From contig JAEEZR010000010.1 of the NCBI GenBank assembly GCA_016292035.1, positions 29,535-93,534 on the forward strand: DNA of 64,000 bases. The letters run 5' to 3'. The stretch comes from Bacillales bacterium (lineage in GTDB: Bacteria; Bacillota_I; Bacilli_A; RF39; UBA660). Each line of letters opens with the position of its first letter. The stretch's first letter is position 1. A model generated the notes under the pieces. That model did not search any database and was not told where the DNA came from. It worked only from the letters and a program-made list of their open reading frames with translations. Made by a program: the position numbers and the translations under genes. Below, piece by piece: positions 30,811 through 40,832 of the stretch.

Positions 30811-31830
30811 TTAGTCTTCCAAATTATCATATACGTTTCCTGTGTTTATATAGGTATTACCATTAATAGTTACTATTTCACCTTTATCTATATAGTAATA
30901 CTTGCCTAAATTATATATGTATGTGACACCATTTACAACATTATTAAACACTAAATTGCCGTCCATTCTTTTTAAAAAATCCAAAGTTCCATTTGTCCTG
31001 TCAAAACAAAAAGGTCCACCAACAACAGAATTATCGACTAAAGATTGGGATTGTAAGCACATATATGGGTTAAAACCAGCGCTTATAAGTATTGGTTTTA
31101 ATTCCTCACCCGTTTCAATATTATCAAATGCATTTTTCTTAAAACATGTTGTTTTAGTAGTACTCTTAGCACATATTTCATGTCCTAGAACGTAGCCGTT
31201 ATTTAGTGTTGTTCTAAAGAACAAATTTCCTAGTGTTTCATAACTGGTTAATGCATTTGATGGATATGTTCTATCTGTAAATAATTCACCTTCTACTGTG
31301 TAATTAATGCATTTACCATTTTCATATGTGCATCTTCTTCTACCGTAAGTAATTGTATGATTCCAGTATACATATGTATTATTAGCTGGATCTAGATTTT
31401 CACATACACATACTCCATTTATGCATGTAAGAGGCTTTCCTTCTACTAAATCCTCTTCATTTATATTTGCATTATAATTATCGCTCACATAGCAATAGTT
31501 ACCATCTTCTATAGCTATTGATTTAACGTTATTTTTTCTATTAAATGTTACTTGGTATTTTGCCCCGTTTTCTGATACTGATAGTTGTTTACTATCTTCA
31601 CACTCATCTAATCCTTCACAGTATAAATTAATATTTTTTCCTTCTAATGTATCTGTTTGAATTTGTTTTTGTGCTGATTCTACAATATTGCCTACTTGTA
31701 CTTTGAAGGCATTTTTCTTTCCTTTAGAGAACATGCCAAGTACATTTGGCATTATAAGTAACATTAGTATTGCTAGTATTGCTATTACTGCTAGAAGTTC
31801 TACTAATGTGAATCCTTTTTTATTTTTCAT
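30811..31830 (-). CDS. Type IV pilin-like protein P4 (339 aa)
   Basis: MKNKKG/FTLVELLAVIAILAILMLL. It shares the head and the YVYW...GHEIC module, and has a distinct Asn/Gly/Tyr-rich C-terminal end. Confidence 0.85.
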   Translation of the reverse strand: MKNKKGFTLVELLAVIAILAILMLLIMPNVLGMFSKGKKNAFKVQVGNIVESAQKQIQTDTLEGKNINLYCEGLDECEDSKQLSVSENGAKYQVTFNRKNNVKSIAIEDGNYCYVSDNYNANINEEDLVEGKPLTCINGVCVCENLDPANNTYVYWNHTITYGRRRCTYENGKCINYTVEGELFTDRTYPSNALTSYETLGNLFFRTTLNNGYVLGHEICAKSTTKTTCFKKNAFDNIETGEELKPILISAGFNPYMCLQSQSLVDNSVVGGPFCFDRTNGTLDFLKRMDGNLVFNNVVNGVTYIYNLGKYYYIDKGEIVTINGNTYINTGNVYDNLED

Positions 31831-31867
31831 GTTTACCTACTTTCTAGAAATATAATAACATAGCTAT

Positions 31868-31899
31868 AAAAATAACTGCAATTGATTTGCAGTTATTTT
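31868..31899 (-). terminator. Intrinsic terminator after asnS
   Basis: 12-bp stem aaaataactgca/tgcagttatttt followed by a T-run on the minus strand. Confidence 0.7.
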
Positions 31900-31913
31900 A
31901 CTTTAGTTTACAA

Positions 31914-33302
31914 TTAATATTCACAGCTTCCTGGTGTTCTTGGATAAGGAATAACATCTCTTATGTTTTCAACTCCTGTTAAATACATAATTAGTCTTTC
32001 AAATCCCATTCCAAATCCAGAGTGATAACATCCTCCGAATCTTCTTAGATTCATATACCAGTCTACTGTTTCCATAGCAACATTACATTCTTTAGCACGT
32101 GCAACTAGTTTTTCATAGTTATCTTCTCTTTGAGAACCACCAATTAATTCACCTGCTCCTGGTACTTCTAGATCTACTGCTGCTACTGTCTTATGATCAT
32201 CGTTTTCTTTCATATACCATGCTTTTATTTCTTTAGGCCAGTTAGTTATGAATACTGGACTGTTAAAGTGCTCTGTTATATATTTTTCATGTTCTTTAGC
32301 GATGTCATCATCATAGTCAGGAGTAAACTCGAAATCTACACCACTTTCCTTTAAGAGGGTAATAGCATCGTGGTGAGTTATTCTTACGAAGTTAGATGCA
32401 AGTAATTTTGTTAGCTTATCTTTTAATGTGTTATCTACGAATTGGTTTAGAAAATCTATTTCTTCAGGACATTTGTCTAGTACATATTTTACTATGAACT
32501 TTAGCATTTCTTCTTCTATGTCCATTACCTTATCTAGATCACAGAAAGCTATTTCTGGTTCAATCATCCAAAATTCGTTTGCATGTGTTTTAGTGTTTGA
32601 GTTTTCTGTTCTAAATGTTGGTCCGAATGTATAAATTTTCTTAAATGCTAGGGCAAATGTTTCACCTTGAAGTTGTCCACTTCCTGTTATATATGTTGCT
32701 TTGTTAAATAAGTCTTCTTTCCAATCAATTTTGCCATCTACTTTTTTGATGTTATTTAAATCAAGTGTTGTTACTTTAAACATTTGATCAGGGTCTTCAC
32801 AAGCAGCTGTTGTTAAAAGAGGAGTATGTACATATACATAGTTGTTCTTTTGGAAGTATTCGTGAATAGCCATTGCAGCTACACTTCTTACTTTAAATAC
32901 TGCTTGGAATAGGTTTGTTCTAGGACGAATATAAGCTTGTTCTCTTAAAAATTCTCTTGTTGGTCTTCCTTTAGCTTGAAGAGGATAATCTTCATCACAG
33001 TCTCCTTCTAGTTTAATATTTTCTACTTTAAGTTCGTATTCTTGACCTGATCCTTCTGACTTAATTAAAGTACCTTCTACTGTTATAGCAGCGCCTATTG
33101 GATACTTAGATATTTCTTCAAAGCTACTTAATTCATTTGTATATACTAGTTGCAAATGTTTAAAACATGTTCCATCAGAAAAATCTATGAATCCAAATTC
33201 TTTTTGTTTTCTATGGTTTTTAATCCATCCTGATATTGTTACTTGTGTTCCAAGTAATTCTTCATATTTTTCATGTAATTCTTTTAAATCCATTTTTATC
33301 AT
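31914..33302 (-). CDS. asnS: Asparagine--tRNA ligase
   Basis: Class IIb synthetase with an N-terminal OB fold, FRTENSNTKTHANEFWMIEPE (motif 2 region) and a C-terminal GFGMGFERL motif 3. The upstream T-box has an Asn specifier. Confidence 0.92.
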   Translation of the reverse strand: MIKMDLKELHEKYEELLGTQVTISGWIKNHRKQKEFGFIDFSDGTCFKHLQLVYTNELSSFEEISKYPIGAAITVEGTLIKSEGSGQEYELKVENIKLEGDCDEDYPLQAKGRPTREFLREQAYIRPRTNLFQAVFKVRSVAAMAIHEYFQKNNYVYVHTPLLTTAACEDPDQMFKVTTLDLNNIKKVDGKIDWKEDLFNKATYITGSGQLQGETFALAFKKIYTFGPTFRTENSNTKTHANEFWMIEPEIAFCDLDKVMDIEEEMLKFIVKYVLDKCPEEIDFLNQFVDNTLKDKLTKLLASNFVRITHHDAITLLKESGVDFEFTPDYDDDIAKEHEKYITEHFNSPVFITNWPKEIKAWYMKENDDHKTVAAVDLEVPGAGELIGGSQREDNYEKLVARAKECNVAMETVDWYMNLRRFGGCYHSGFGMGFERLIMYLTGVENIRDVIPYPRTPGSCEY

Positions 33303-33315
33303 CCTTTCTAAATAT

Positions 33316-33540
33316 AAAAAAACAGTGTCCTCCCTCTTAGGGACGAAACACTGCTTAGATTCCGCGGTACCACCCAGTTTATCTATAAATAGATCACTTT
33401 AGGATTTAACGCATTCCTTACGTATATATTTACTTAATTTCAATATATCACTCAGAAGTGTTATTCAGTTTAAGCATATTATCAATTTTCCACCAATCAT
33501 TGACTCTCTATAAATCGTTTTTAAACTTACTTCTCTTCTT
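33316..33540 (-). promoter_or_regulatory. T-box leader riboswitch controlling asnS
   Basis: On the minus strand there is an AGAGAG stem I base and a candidate specifier AAC-A (33460-33462, in GAATAACAC). The conserved T-box GGGTGGTACCGCG is at 33363-33375. A terminator (cagtgt...acactg) plus T7 follows at 33316-33353. Confidence 0.8.
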
Positions 33541-33587
33541 CATTGATTTATTAAAGTATAGCATATTTTATTTCAAAAGAAAAGCGT

Positions 33588-33875
33588 TTATTTTGTAGGA
33601 TAAACGCTTGCTTGTTTTTTATCTTTTCCTTTTCTTTCATACTTTACTATTCCGTCTACTAAAGCAAATAGTGTATGATCTTTACCCATTCCACAGTTTA
33701 CACCTGGATAAATTTTAGTTCCTCTTTGACGATAAATGATATTTCCTTCTTTAGCAAATTCTCCGTCGCTTTTCTTAGCACCAAGTCTTCTACCTTCAGA
33801 GTCTCTACCGTTCTTAGTTGAACCAACACCTTTTTTAGATGCGAATAGTTGTAAATCTAAAATCATAAATTTCAT
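33588..33875 (-). CDS. rpmA: 50S ribosomal protein L27 with a cleavable N-terminal propeptide
   Basis: [26 protein letters not shown]. The LQ(L/F)FA-SKKG Prp cleavage context matches the Firmicutes type. GAGGAGG RBS lies 8 nt upstream. Confidence 0.95.
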   Translation of the reverse strand: MKFMILDLQLFASKKGVGSTKNGRDSEGRRLGAKKSDGEFAKEGNIIYRQRGTKIYPGVNCGMGKDHTLFALVDGIVKYERKGKDKKQASVYPTK

Positions 33876-33878
33876 CTA

Positions 33879-34184
33879 TTAGTCCTCCTCAATATTAATA
33901 TTATCTTTGTAAGTACTTTCTAGTTCTTTTAATGATTCATAAAGATTTAATAATAATGTATTAGTTATATTATCTTTCTTTATATTTTCTAGAGTAAACA
34001 TTTCTTTTTGACTATAAGAGATTGCTTCTTTGTCAAATCTAAGAATTGCATTTACAGTAACTATTAAACTAGTACTTACTCCAGCACATACTATATCTTT
34101 CCCATATTTATCATACATAGCATGGCCTTCTATTTTTATGCTAGTAATTATATTATTTTCTTTTTTAAAATAAGCTTTAATCAT
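33879..34184 (-). CDS. prp: Ribosomal-processing cysteine protease Prp
   Basis: About 100 aa, located between rplU and rpmA, with GHA...DIVCAGVS catalytic His/Cys motifs. Confidence 0.9.
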   Translation of the reverse strand: MIKAYFKKENNIITSIKIEGHAMYDKYGKDIVCAGVSTSLIVTVNAILRFDKEAISYSQKEMFTLENIKKDNITNTLLLNLYESLKELESTYKDNINIEED

Positions 34185-34186
34185 AA

Positions 34187-34489
34187 TTACTTACCAATTT
34201 TTTTAATTTCAATTTTAGTATATGGTTGTCTATGACCATGTTTAACTCTTGAAGATTTAGTTTTATTTTTGTATTTGAATACAACTATCTTCTTTTGTTT
34301 ACCATGTTTAAGTACTTTAGCAGTTACTGTAGCACCATTAATATATGGAGCACCAATTTCACCGTTTAAGTATAAAACTTTGTCAAAAACAACGTCAGTG
34401 TTTACTTCATTATCTAGTTTTTCAACATAAAGGATATCTCCTTCGTTAACTAAATATTGTTTTCCACCAGTAACAAATATTGCTTTCAT
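34187..34489 (-). CDS. rplU: 50S ribosomal protein L21
   Basis: [14 protein letters not shown]...KFKRK-like basic C-terminus. First gene of the L21-Prp-L27 operon. Confidence 0.95.
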   Translation of the reverse strand: MKAIFVTGGKQYLVNEGDILYVEKLDNEVNTDVVFDKVLYLNGEIGAPYINGATVTAKVLKHGKQKKIVVFKYKNKTKSSRVKHGHRQPYTKIEIKKIGK

Positions 34490-34580
34490 TTATTATTCCT
34501 CCTTCAATAAGACTCGCCATTAAGGTGTCTACGCTTATAAACCTTTTCTGTGCGGTTGTAGAGAAAGATTTTCTACAAAC
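34490..34580 (-). promoter_or_regulatory. Candidate L21 ribosomal-protein leader
   Basis: A 5' UTR of about 90 nt between the promoter and the GGAGG RBS contains the hairpin gtttgtaga...tctacaac. Firmicutes carry a structured L21 leader at this position. Identity not verified. Confidence 0.4.
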
Positions 34581-34586
34581 GTAGTA

Positions 34587-34615
34587 ATTTTATCATATTA
34601 TGGCTTTTAAGTCAA
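34587..34615 (-). promoter_or_regulatory. Promoter of the rplU-prp-rpmA operon
   Basis: On the minus strand, TTGACT, a 17-nt spacer, then TAAAAT. Confidence 0.55.
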
Positions 34616-34619
34616 ACCT

Positions 34620-35543
34620 TTATCTGTTTTTTCTTGCTTCTTTTATTAGTTTTAATGCAGCTTCTGGATTATCTGTTAAATAAGCTAGTTTTTCTGCTTC
34701 TTTGGATAATAATATTTTTTTTATTGCTTTGCTATGTATTTGATTTATTCTTTGTCTTCTAACACCATATATTTTGGCTATTTCTTCAAATGTTAATTCT
34801 TTCCCTGTAGTATATCCACATTTATATAGAAGAATATCTTTTTCTCTTTCTGAAAGTGTATTCATTCCTCTTATAATGTTTAATAAATTCTTTAAAGATT
34901 CTTTAGTTAATTTATTAACTACTAATTCTTCTGGATTATAAGTAGAGTCTGCTACATTATCTTTTATAGTTTTTTCTTCATCTTCATCTATATATGTTTC
35001 TAGGCTTATAGAATTAAGTGATGTTACTTCTAGTTCTCTTACTTTCTTTTCTTTTATATTTAAAGCTTTAGCTACTTCACTTCTTGAAGGAAGTCTACCA
35101 TATTCTTTTTTATATTCATTAATAAACTTATTGAATTTATTTATAATTGTATTACCATGCCATGACATCTTAGTTGCTTTAGTATTCTTTTGGGCAAATT
35201 TTTGAATATATGATGTAATGTTTGGAGTAGCATATGTAGATAGTTTCTCTTTTCTATTTAAATCAAAGTTCTTTATAGCTACATATAAACCAAGTATTCC
35301 TTCTTCTATAAGATCCAATTCATCTAATCCTGCTTTTTTATATTTTAATGCAATGCCCCTTACTAATTTTAGATTATGAACTATTAATTTGTTAGTAGCT
35401 TTCATGTTTCCTTCTTGACTTTCTTTAATTAGTATTCTTTCTTCTTTTTTAGTTAGTACTGTTAAGTTATCAAAGTCTTTATAAAACATTCTCTTTATAT
35501 TACTTACATCTATTTTATCAAGTTCAGTTAGTTCTTTTTTCAT
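34620..35543 (-). CDS. Sigma-70 family RNA polymerase sigma factor (alternative, SigA-like domains 2-4)
   Basis: Region 2 (NLKLVRGIALKYKKAGLDELDLIEEGILGLYVAIKNFD), a region 3 segment, and the region 4.2 HTH FEEIAKIYGVRRQRINQIHSKAIKKI. Region 2.3/2.4 reads TYATPNITSYIQKF instead of the TYATWWIRQ of the primary sigma. Confidence 0.8.
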   Translation of the reverse strand: MKKELTELDKIDVSNIKRMFYKDFDNLTVLTKKEERILIKESQEGNMKATNKLIVHNLKLVRGIALKYKKAGLDELDLIEEGILGLYVAIKNFDLNRKEKLSTYATPNITSYIQKFAQKNTKATKMSWHGNTIINKFNKFINEYKKEYGRLPSRSEVAKALNIKEKKVRELEVTSLNSISLETYIDEDEEKTIKDNVADSTYNPEELVVNKLTKESLKNLLNIIRGMNTLSEREKDILLYKCGYTTGKELTFEEIAKIYGVRRQRINQIHSKAIKKILLSKEAEKLAYLTDNPEAALKLIKEARKNR

Positions 35544-35624
35544 CTAGAGGTCACCGCCTTTCATTGAGTATATTGTAGCATTTATTGTACAAATAGTAAA
35601 TAAAAAAGCAGCATAAAAACTGCT

Positions 35625-36047
35625 TTAATACCTATTTTCTCTTTCTAAGTCTCTTTTCTTTATTGTTTCTCTTTTATCATAAAGTTTTTTACCTCTTGCT
35701 AGAGCTAAAAGAACTTTAGCTTTATTATTCTTTATATAAACTTTTAGAGGCACTAGTGTATATTTATTAAGTTCTATTTGCTTAGAAAGTTTATTTATTT
35801 CATTTTTATGAAGAAGTAGTTTTCTTTCTCTTCTTTCATCATGATTAAATATATTACCTTCTTCATATTTAGCAATATATGTATTAGTTAAATATACTTC
35901 ACCTTTTTTTATTCTAGCATATGAGTCATCTAATGAAACTGAACCTTTTCTAATACTTTTTATTTCAGTGCCTTTAAGTTCTATTCCAGCTTCTATTTCA
36001 TCTATTATTTCATAGTTGAATCTAGCTTTTCTATTTACTATTTCCAT
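35625..36047 (-). CDS. smpB: SsrA-binding protein
   Basis: [10 protein letters not shown]...GTEIKS...[10 protein letters not shown] motifs. It overlaps the 3' end of rnr. Confidence 0.95.
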   Translation of the reverse strand: MEIVNRKARFNYEIIDEIEAGIELKGTEIKSIRKGSVSLDDSYARIKKGEVYLTNTYIAKYEEGNIFNHDERRERKLLLHKNEINKLSKQIELNKYTLVPLKVYIKNNKAKVLLALARGKKLYDKRETIKKRDLERENRY

Positions 36048-38128
36048 CTTTCAAGCCCCACTACTGTAAAATCAACATGTCTTAATTCTTTAGATGCATT
36101 TATACATTTTACTTTTATTTTTTGTCCTAGATTAAATGCTACTTGTCCTTTTCTTGCGTATACAAGAGTAAAGTCTTCAGATGAGTTAAAGTATCCTTTT
36201 AGATCTTCATAGTTTACAAATCCTTCTACATAGTTACTTGTTACTACAAAGAATCCATTTTTGTTAATTGTATCTATTTTAGCATCATATATGTCTCCTA
36301 TATGGTCTTCCATGTATTCTGCTATTTTCATGTCTTCTACTTCGTATTCACATTCATCGCTTCTTCTTTCAGTCATGCTTATGTGTTCACATGCTTCAGA
36401 AAGACCTCTTGCTATTTCATCTAAACTAACACCAATGTTTTCTTTAAATATAGCTACTTTAATCATATAGTGAAGAAGTAAGTCAGAAAATCTTCTTATT
36501 GGAGAAGTTTCATGTGTATACTTTTTACTTCCTAGTCCATAGTGGCCTATATTTTCTGGAGAATATACGGCTTTTTGCATGCTTCTTAATAGTTTCTTAC
36601 TTAGTATTTCTTCATCTTTTGTACCTTTTATTGTACTTATTATTTTTTGTATATTCTTATTTGACATATCAGAATAATCAAATTTACCTTTAAGAGTATA
36701 TCCTAGAGCACTCATAAGCTTTAGGAACTCTTCTATTTTTTTAGGTGTAGGAGTTGCGTGTACTCTATAGATTCCATAATCACTAACTTCTGTTAAAAGA
36801 TCAATAGAGCTTTCGTTTGAAGCTATCATGAATTGTTCAATTAGAGTTTGTCCTTCTCCTTCTTCATATTTCTTTATTTCTTTTACTTTTCCGTTTTCAT
36901 CTACTATTAGTTTTATTTCATCAGAGGCAAATTCAATTTCTCCTCTTTCTCTTTTGTTTTGCTTAAGTATTTTAGATAATTCATTCATTTTAAGAAGAGT
37001 TTCTCTAAATTCTTCATATCCTTCTACGTGTTCACCTTTTAATACTTTGTTAACGTCATCATAATTCATCTTTTTTCTAGATTTAATAACGCTTGGGAAT
37101 ATACTTTTATTTAGGATATTACCATATTCATTTATTTCCATTTTGCATGATACTGCTTTTCTATATACCCCTTCATTAAGTGAGCATATACCATTTGATA
37201 ATTCTATTGGAAGCATAGGCTCTACTTTATCTGCCATGTATGTAGAATTACCTTTGTTATAGGCATCTTTAAAAGTGGCACTATTCCATTTAACATAAGA
37301 AGTAACATCAGCTATAGATACTGTTAATTCATAGTTTCCATTATCTAGCATTTTTAAACTGATAGCGTCATCTATATCTTTTGTATCTATTCCATCTATT
37401 GTAAAGATTTCTTCATTAGTTAAATCTACTCTTCCTTTAAATTCTTCTTTAGTTACTTCAGTAGGTAAATGTTTTACTTCTTCTTCAGTTTCTTTAGAAA
37501 ATCCAGTAGGTACTTCCATTTCTGCCATTATTTCTAGAGTATCTATGTCTGGTGAGTTTTTATGACCTATTTTTTTATCTACTTTAGCATATATATCATC
37601 TTTATCTTGTCTTGTACTTCTTAAAGATACTATTTCTCCTTCAACTAGAGGAATATCGCTTTCTTCAAGAATAATATTTAGTTTATATGGTTTTAGTGGT
37701 TTAACATAGGTTACATTATTTTCTATACATACTTCAGCAAGTGGTAGACTTCTTTCAAGAACTCTTTTAACTCTTGCTTCTAATCCATCTCTTGTTACAA
37801 ATTTTTCAAGTAAGCATGTGTCACCATTTTGAGCATCTTGAAGATTTCTTTTATCAATAAATAAATCATCTTCTTTATCTATTAGTGCCCATGCATTTCC
37901 TGAAGCAACTACTTCTACTTTAGCTTTAAAGTATTCATCTGTAGCTAGCTTGAAAGTATTCTTTTTGCAGGAAATTAACTGTCCTTCGTTTACTAGCTCA
38001 TATAAAACTTCTAGAAGACTTTTAATATCTTCTGATGTATAATCCTTCTTTATATGTTTGATTATATCTATTGGATCTAATTTTTTATTATTAGAATGAT
38101 TAAAAACACTTAATACTTTTTCTTTCAT
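36038..38128 (-). CDS. rnr: Ribonuclease R
   Basis: N-terminal HTH/cold-shock-like region, RNB catalytic domain ([15 protein letters not shown]), and a C-terminal S1 domain. Confidence 0.92.
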   Translation of the reverse strand: MKEKVLSVFNHSNNKKLDPIDIIKHIKKDYTSEDIKSLLEVLYELVNEGQLISCKKNTFKLATDEYFKAKVEVVASGNAWALIDKEDDLFIDKRNLQDAQNGDTCLLEKFVTRDGLEARVKRVLERSLPLAEVCIENNVTYVKPLKPYKLNIILEESDIPLVEGEIVSLRSTRQDKDDIYAKVDKKIGHKNSPDIDTLEIMAEMEVPTGFSKETEEEVKHLPTEVTKEEFKGRVDLTNEEIFTIDGIDTKDIDDAISLKMLDNGNYELTVSIADVTSYVKWNSATFKDAYNKGNSTYMADKVEPMLPIELSNGICSLNEGVYRKAVSCKMEINEYGNILNKSIFPSVIKSRKKMNYDDVNKVLKGEHVEGYEEFRETLLKMNELSKILKQNKRERGEIEFASDEIKLIVDENGKVKEIKKYEEGEGQTLIEQFMIASNESSIDLLTEVSDYGIYRVHATPTPKKIEEFLKLMSALGYTLKGKFDYSDMSNKNIQKIISTIKGTKDEEILSKKLLRSMQKAVYSPENIGHYGLGSKKYTHETSPIRRFSDLLLHYMIKVAIFKENIGVSLDEIARGLSEACEHISMTERRSDECEYEVEDMKIAEYMEDHIGDIYDAKIDTINKNGFFVVTSNYVEGFVNYEDLKGYFNSSEDFTLVYARKGQVAFNLGQKIKVKCINASKELRHVDFTVVGLERWK

Positions 38129-38260
38129 ATATCTTCTTCCTTACTATGTTTATTATACTATATAGGCATAAAAAAACAAATAGATTAATTAATAACTATT
38201 TGTTTTTTAATTCACTTTAATGATTTTTATGTGCAATATTCACTCGTTTTAAGATATAGT

Positions 38261-38473
38261 TTATATACTTAAGAATAATGAAATTGCGATAAATAAGAAT
38301 CCCATTATGAATGTAAGTCTAGTTAGGAATTTTTCTGGTCCTCTTTCTTTCATTTGACCCATTAACATAGAGTTTCCTCCAGTTATTATTTGGCCAGCAT
38401 CTGATGCTTTACCACTTTGTAAAAGTACTAAAGCTATTAATATTATTGATACTATTATTAATACTATTTCCAT
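38261..38473 (-). CDS. secG: Preprotein translocase subunit SecG
   Basis: 70 aa with two TM helices and LLQSGK...GG motifs. Its position between eno and rnr matches Bacillus. Confidence 0.85.
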   Translation of the reverse strand: MEIVLIIVSIILIALVLLQSGKASDAGQIITGGNSMLMGQMKERGPEKFLTRLTFIMGFLFIAISLFLSI

Positions 38474-38494
38474 TTTTACACCTCAGGTAATATT

Positions 38495-39742
38495 TTAACC
38501 TATTTCGCTTTCTTTTTCAATATTTTCTTCTATTTCTAGAAGTCTATTATATTTAGATAGTCTTTCTCCTCTAGAAGTAGAACCACTTTTCATAAATGGT
38601 ACATTCATAGCAACAGCTAAATCACTTATGAATGAATCAGGTGTTTCTCCTGAACGATGACTCATTATACATGTATATTTATTTTGTTTAGCAAGCACTA
38701 TTGTTTCTAGTGTTTCGTAAAGAGTACCTATTTGATTTGGTTTAATTATAATTGCATTACATAGACCCATTTCAATGCCTTTTTTAAGTATTTCTTTATT
38801 AGTTACAAATAAATCGTCACCTACTATACTTATCTTTTTACCAAGGGCTTCTGTTATTAGTTTAAATCCTTCAAAGTCTTCTTCTGCATAAGGATCTTCT
38901 ATACTTATTATTGGATATTTTTTTAGTAAATCCTTATAGTATTCTAGAATTTCTTCTCTATTTAAATTTTTATTATCTATATTATAAGTATCTGTTTCAC
39001 TATTATAAAATGATGTAGCAGCAACGTCTAATGCAATAAATATATTCTTTCCAGGGATATATCCAGCTGTTTCAATTGCTTTTACTATTAGAGTTAATGC
39101 TTCTTCGTTATTCTCTAGATCAGGAGCAAATCCTCCTTCATCACCTACACCAGTAGATAATCCTTTTTCTAGTAATATTCCTTTTAGTGAATGGAATATT
39201 TCTGAAGCTGCTCTTAAGCTTTCTTTAAATTCTTTAAATTTAGGCATTATCATAAATTCTTGAATATCAATATTATTAGCAGCATGTTTACCACCATTTA
39301 ATATATTAAACATACAATATGGGATTTTAGTTTCTCTTTTATTTAAATACTCATATACTTCAAGGTTATTATCTAGTGCAGCAGCTTTAATAGCAGCAAT
39401 ACTAACACCTACTATTGCATTAGCTCCTAGAGTAGATTTGTTTTCTGTTCCATCTAGTTTTATCATTATTTTGTCTATTTCCTTTTGACTTTCAACTTCT
39501 ACTCCTAAAAGAGCTGCTCTTATAACAGTATTAACATTATTTACTGCTTTTAATACTCCTTTACCCATGTATCTTTCATCGTTGTCTCTAAGTTCTAGTG
39601 CTTCTCTTTTACCTGTTGAAGCACCAGAAGGTACACCGAAAGTACCTTTTGAACCTTTTTCAGTATATACACTTACTTCAAGTGTTGGGTTACCTCTTGA
39701 ATCTAATATTTCTCTTGCTTTTATATCTACTATCTTACTCAC
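38495..39742 (-). CDS. eno: Enolase
   Basis: [13 protein letters not shown]-terminus, [17 protein letters not shown]. Confidence 0.95.
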   Translation of the reverse strand: MSKIVDIKAREILDSRGNPTLEVSVYTEKGSKGTFGVPSGASTGKREALELRDNDERYMGKGVLKAVNNVNTVIRAALLGVEVESQKEIDKIMIKLDGTENKSTLGANAIVGVSIAAIKAAALDNNLEVYEYLNKRETKIPYCMFNILNGGKHAANNIDIQEFMIMPKFKEFKESLRAASEIFHSLKGILLEKGLSTGVGDEGGFAPDLENNEEALTLIVKAIETAGYIPGKNIFIALDVAATSFYNSETDTYNIDNKNLNREEILEYYKDLLKKYPIISIEDPYAEEDFEGFKLITEALGKKISIVGDDLFVTNKEILKKGIEMGLCNAIIIKPNQIGTLYETLETIVLAKQNKYTCIMSHRSGETPDSFISDLAVAMNVPFMKSGSTSRGERLSKYNRLLEIEENIEKESEIG

Positions 39743-39897
39743 TATCTAATCCCTCCATATTTAAATTATACTACTATTTTCCTAAAAATAACAGGAGGTT
39801 TACACTTTTATTTTCAGTACTAATTTAAGTACAATTAATGTTGACTTTTTGTATTTAATGTGCTACTATATATAACATTAAAAAAAGGGGCTAAAAT

Positions 39898-40803
39898 ATG
39901 AAAAGCAAAGAAGAACTACTAAGTAGAAAAGAATTAGATAGAAAAACTAGAAAAAAACATTTTGATGCTGGGGAATTTAGTGCTATTAGAGATCTAGTAA
40001 AAGTAAGCCCAGTTTCAGCAATTGGTGAACTACAGCGTTATATATATAATTATCCTGAGGATCTTTTTGCTATGTGCTTTTATATTAGTACCCTTATATC
40101 TATTAGAGAATTTGGTCGTGCCAAAGTTGAACTTCAACGTTTTGGCTTTGATGATATTCATGCTTGTAAAAGTAAAATAAGCGAAAAGCAATACAGAAAA
40201 ATACTTGAATGTTTTGTTTCTTCATTAGTTAAGCTTTTTATACATACAAAAGATTACCTTAAGGCTTACCAATTAGTTAATAATTATCCTAAAATTAAAT
40301 ATTGGAATTTTAATGGTAGTAGTTCTCTTTACTTTTGTAAGCACAGGGCTGGTATGGTAGATGAGGATGATAACTTCAATTACATTTTTAGTCAAATATC
40401 TAATTATAGTGAGGAAAGATTTTTAGAGCTTTTAAAAATACATACATTGCAAGAAGAAGATGATGGAAAAGTACACAATGATGTCTTTAACGCTGATTTT
40501 CCACTGGATAAAGCTTTAGAAGAAGTTAGACAAATTGTTTTAAGACAAAAAAACAGAAGCGCTTTTGTACATTTATTTGAAGATGTTTATACATTTAGAT
40601 ATGATAATTGTGGAAGAGTTAATAATAAAATGACTAATTACTTTAGGGTTGTTACTTTTCACGATACTACAAATATCATTACTATGTGTCCTGCTTATGA
40701 AATAGAAGGACTTGAGGTAACTGATATTAACTATTTAAGAGAAGATAATAATGTAAGAAGATTAAGTCAAATAGATAAGTTTAATAAGAAATATGGCTTA
40801 TAG
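39898..40803 (+). CDS. Hypothetical protein (301 aa, helical-repeat-like)
   Basis: Intact + strand ORF with an AAGGGG RBS region, upstream of the FemAB-type gene. No motif recognised. Confidence 0.55.
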   Translation: MKSKEELLSRKELDRKTRKKHFDAGEFSAIRDLVKVSPVSAIGELQRYIYNYPEDLFAMCFYISTLISIREFGRAKVELQRFGFDDIHACKSKISEKQYRKILECFVSSLVKLFIHTKDYLKAYQLVNNYPKIKYWNFNGSSSLYFCKHRAGMVDEDDNFNYIFSQISNYSEERFLELLKIHTLQEEDDGKVHNDVFNADFPLDKALEEVRQIVLRQKNRSAFVHLFEDVYTFRYDNCGRVNNKMTNYFRVVTFHDTTNIITMCPAYEIEGLEVTDINYLREDNNVRRLSQIDKFNKKYGL

Positions 40804-40832
40804 CTGTGTTATAATTATGAAGGAGGAAAAAT

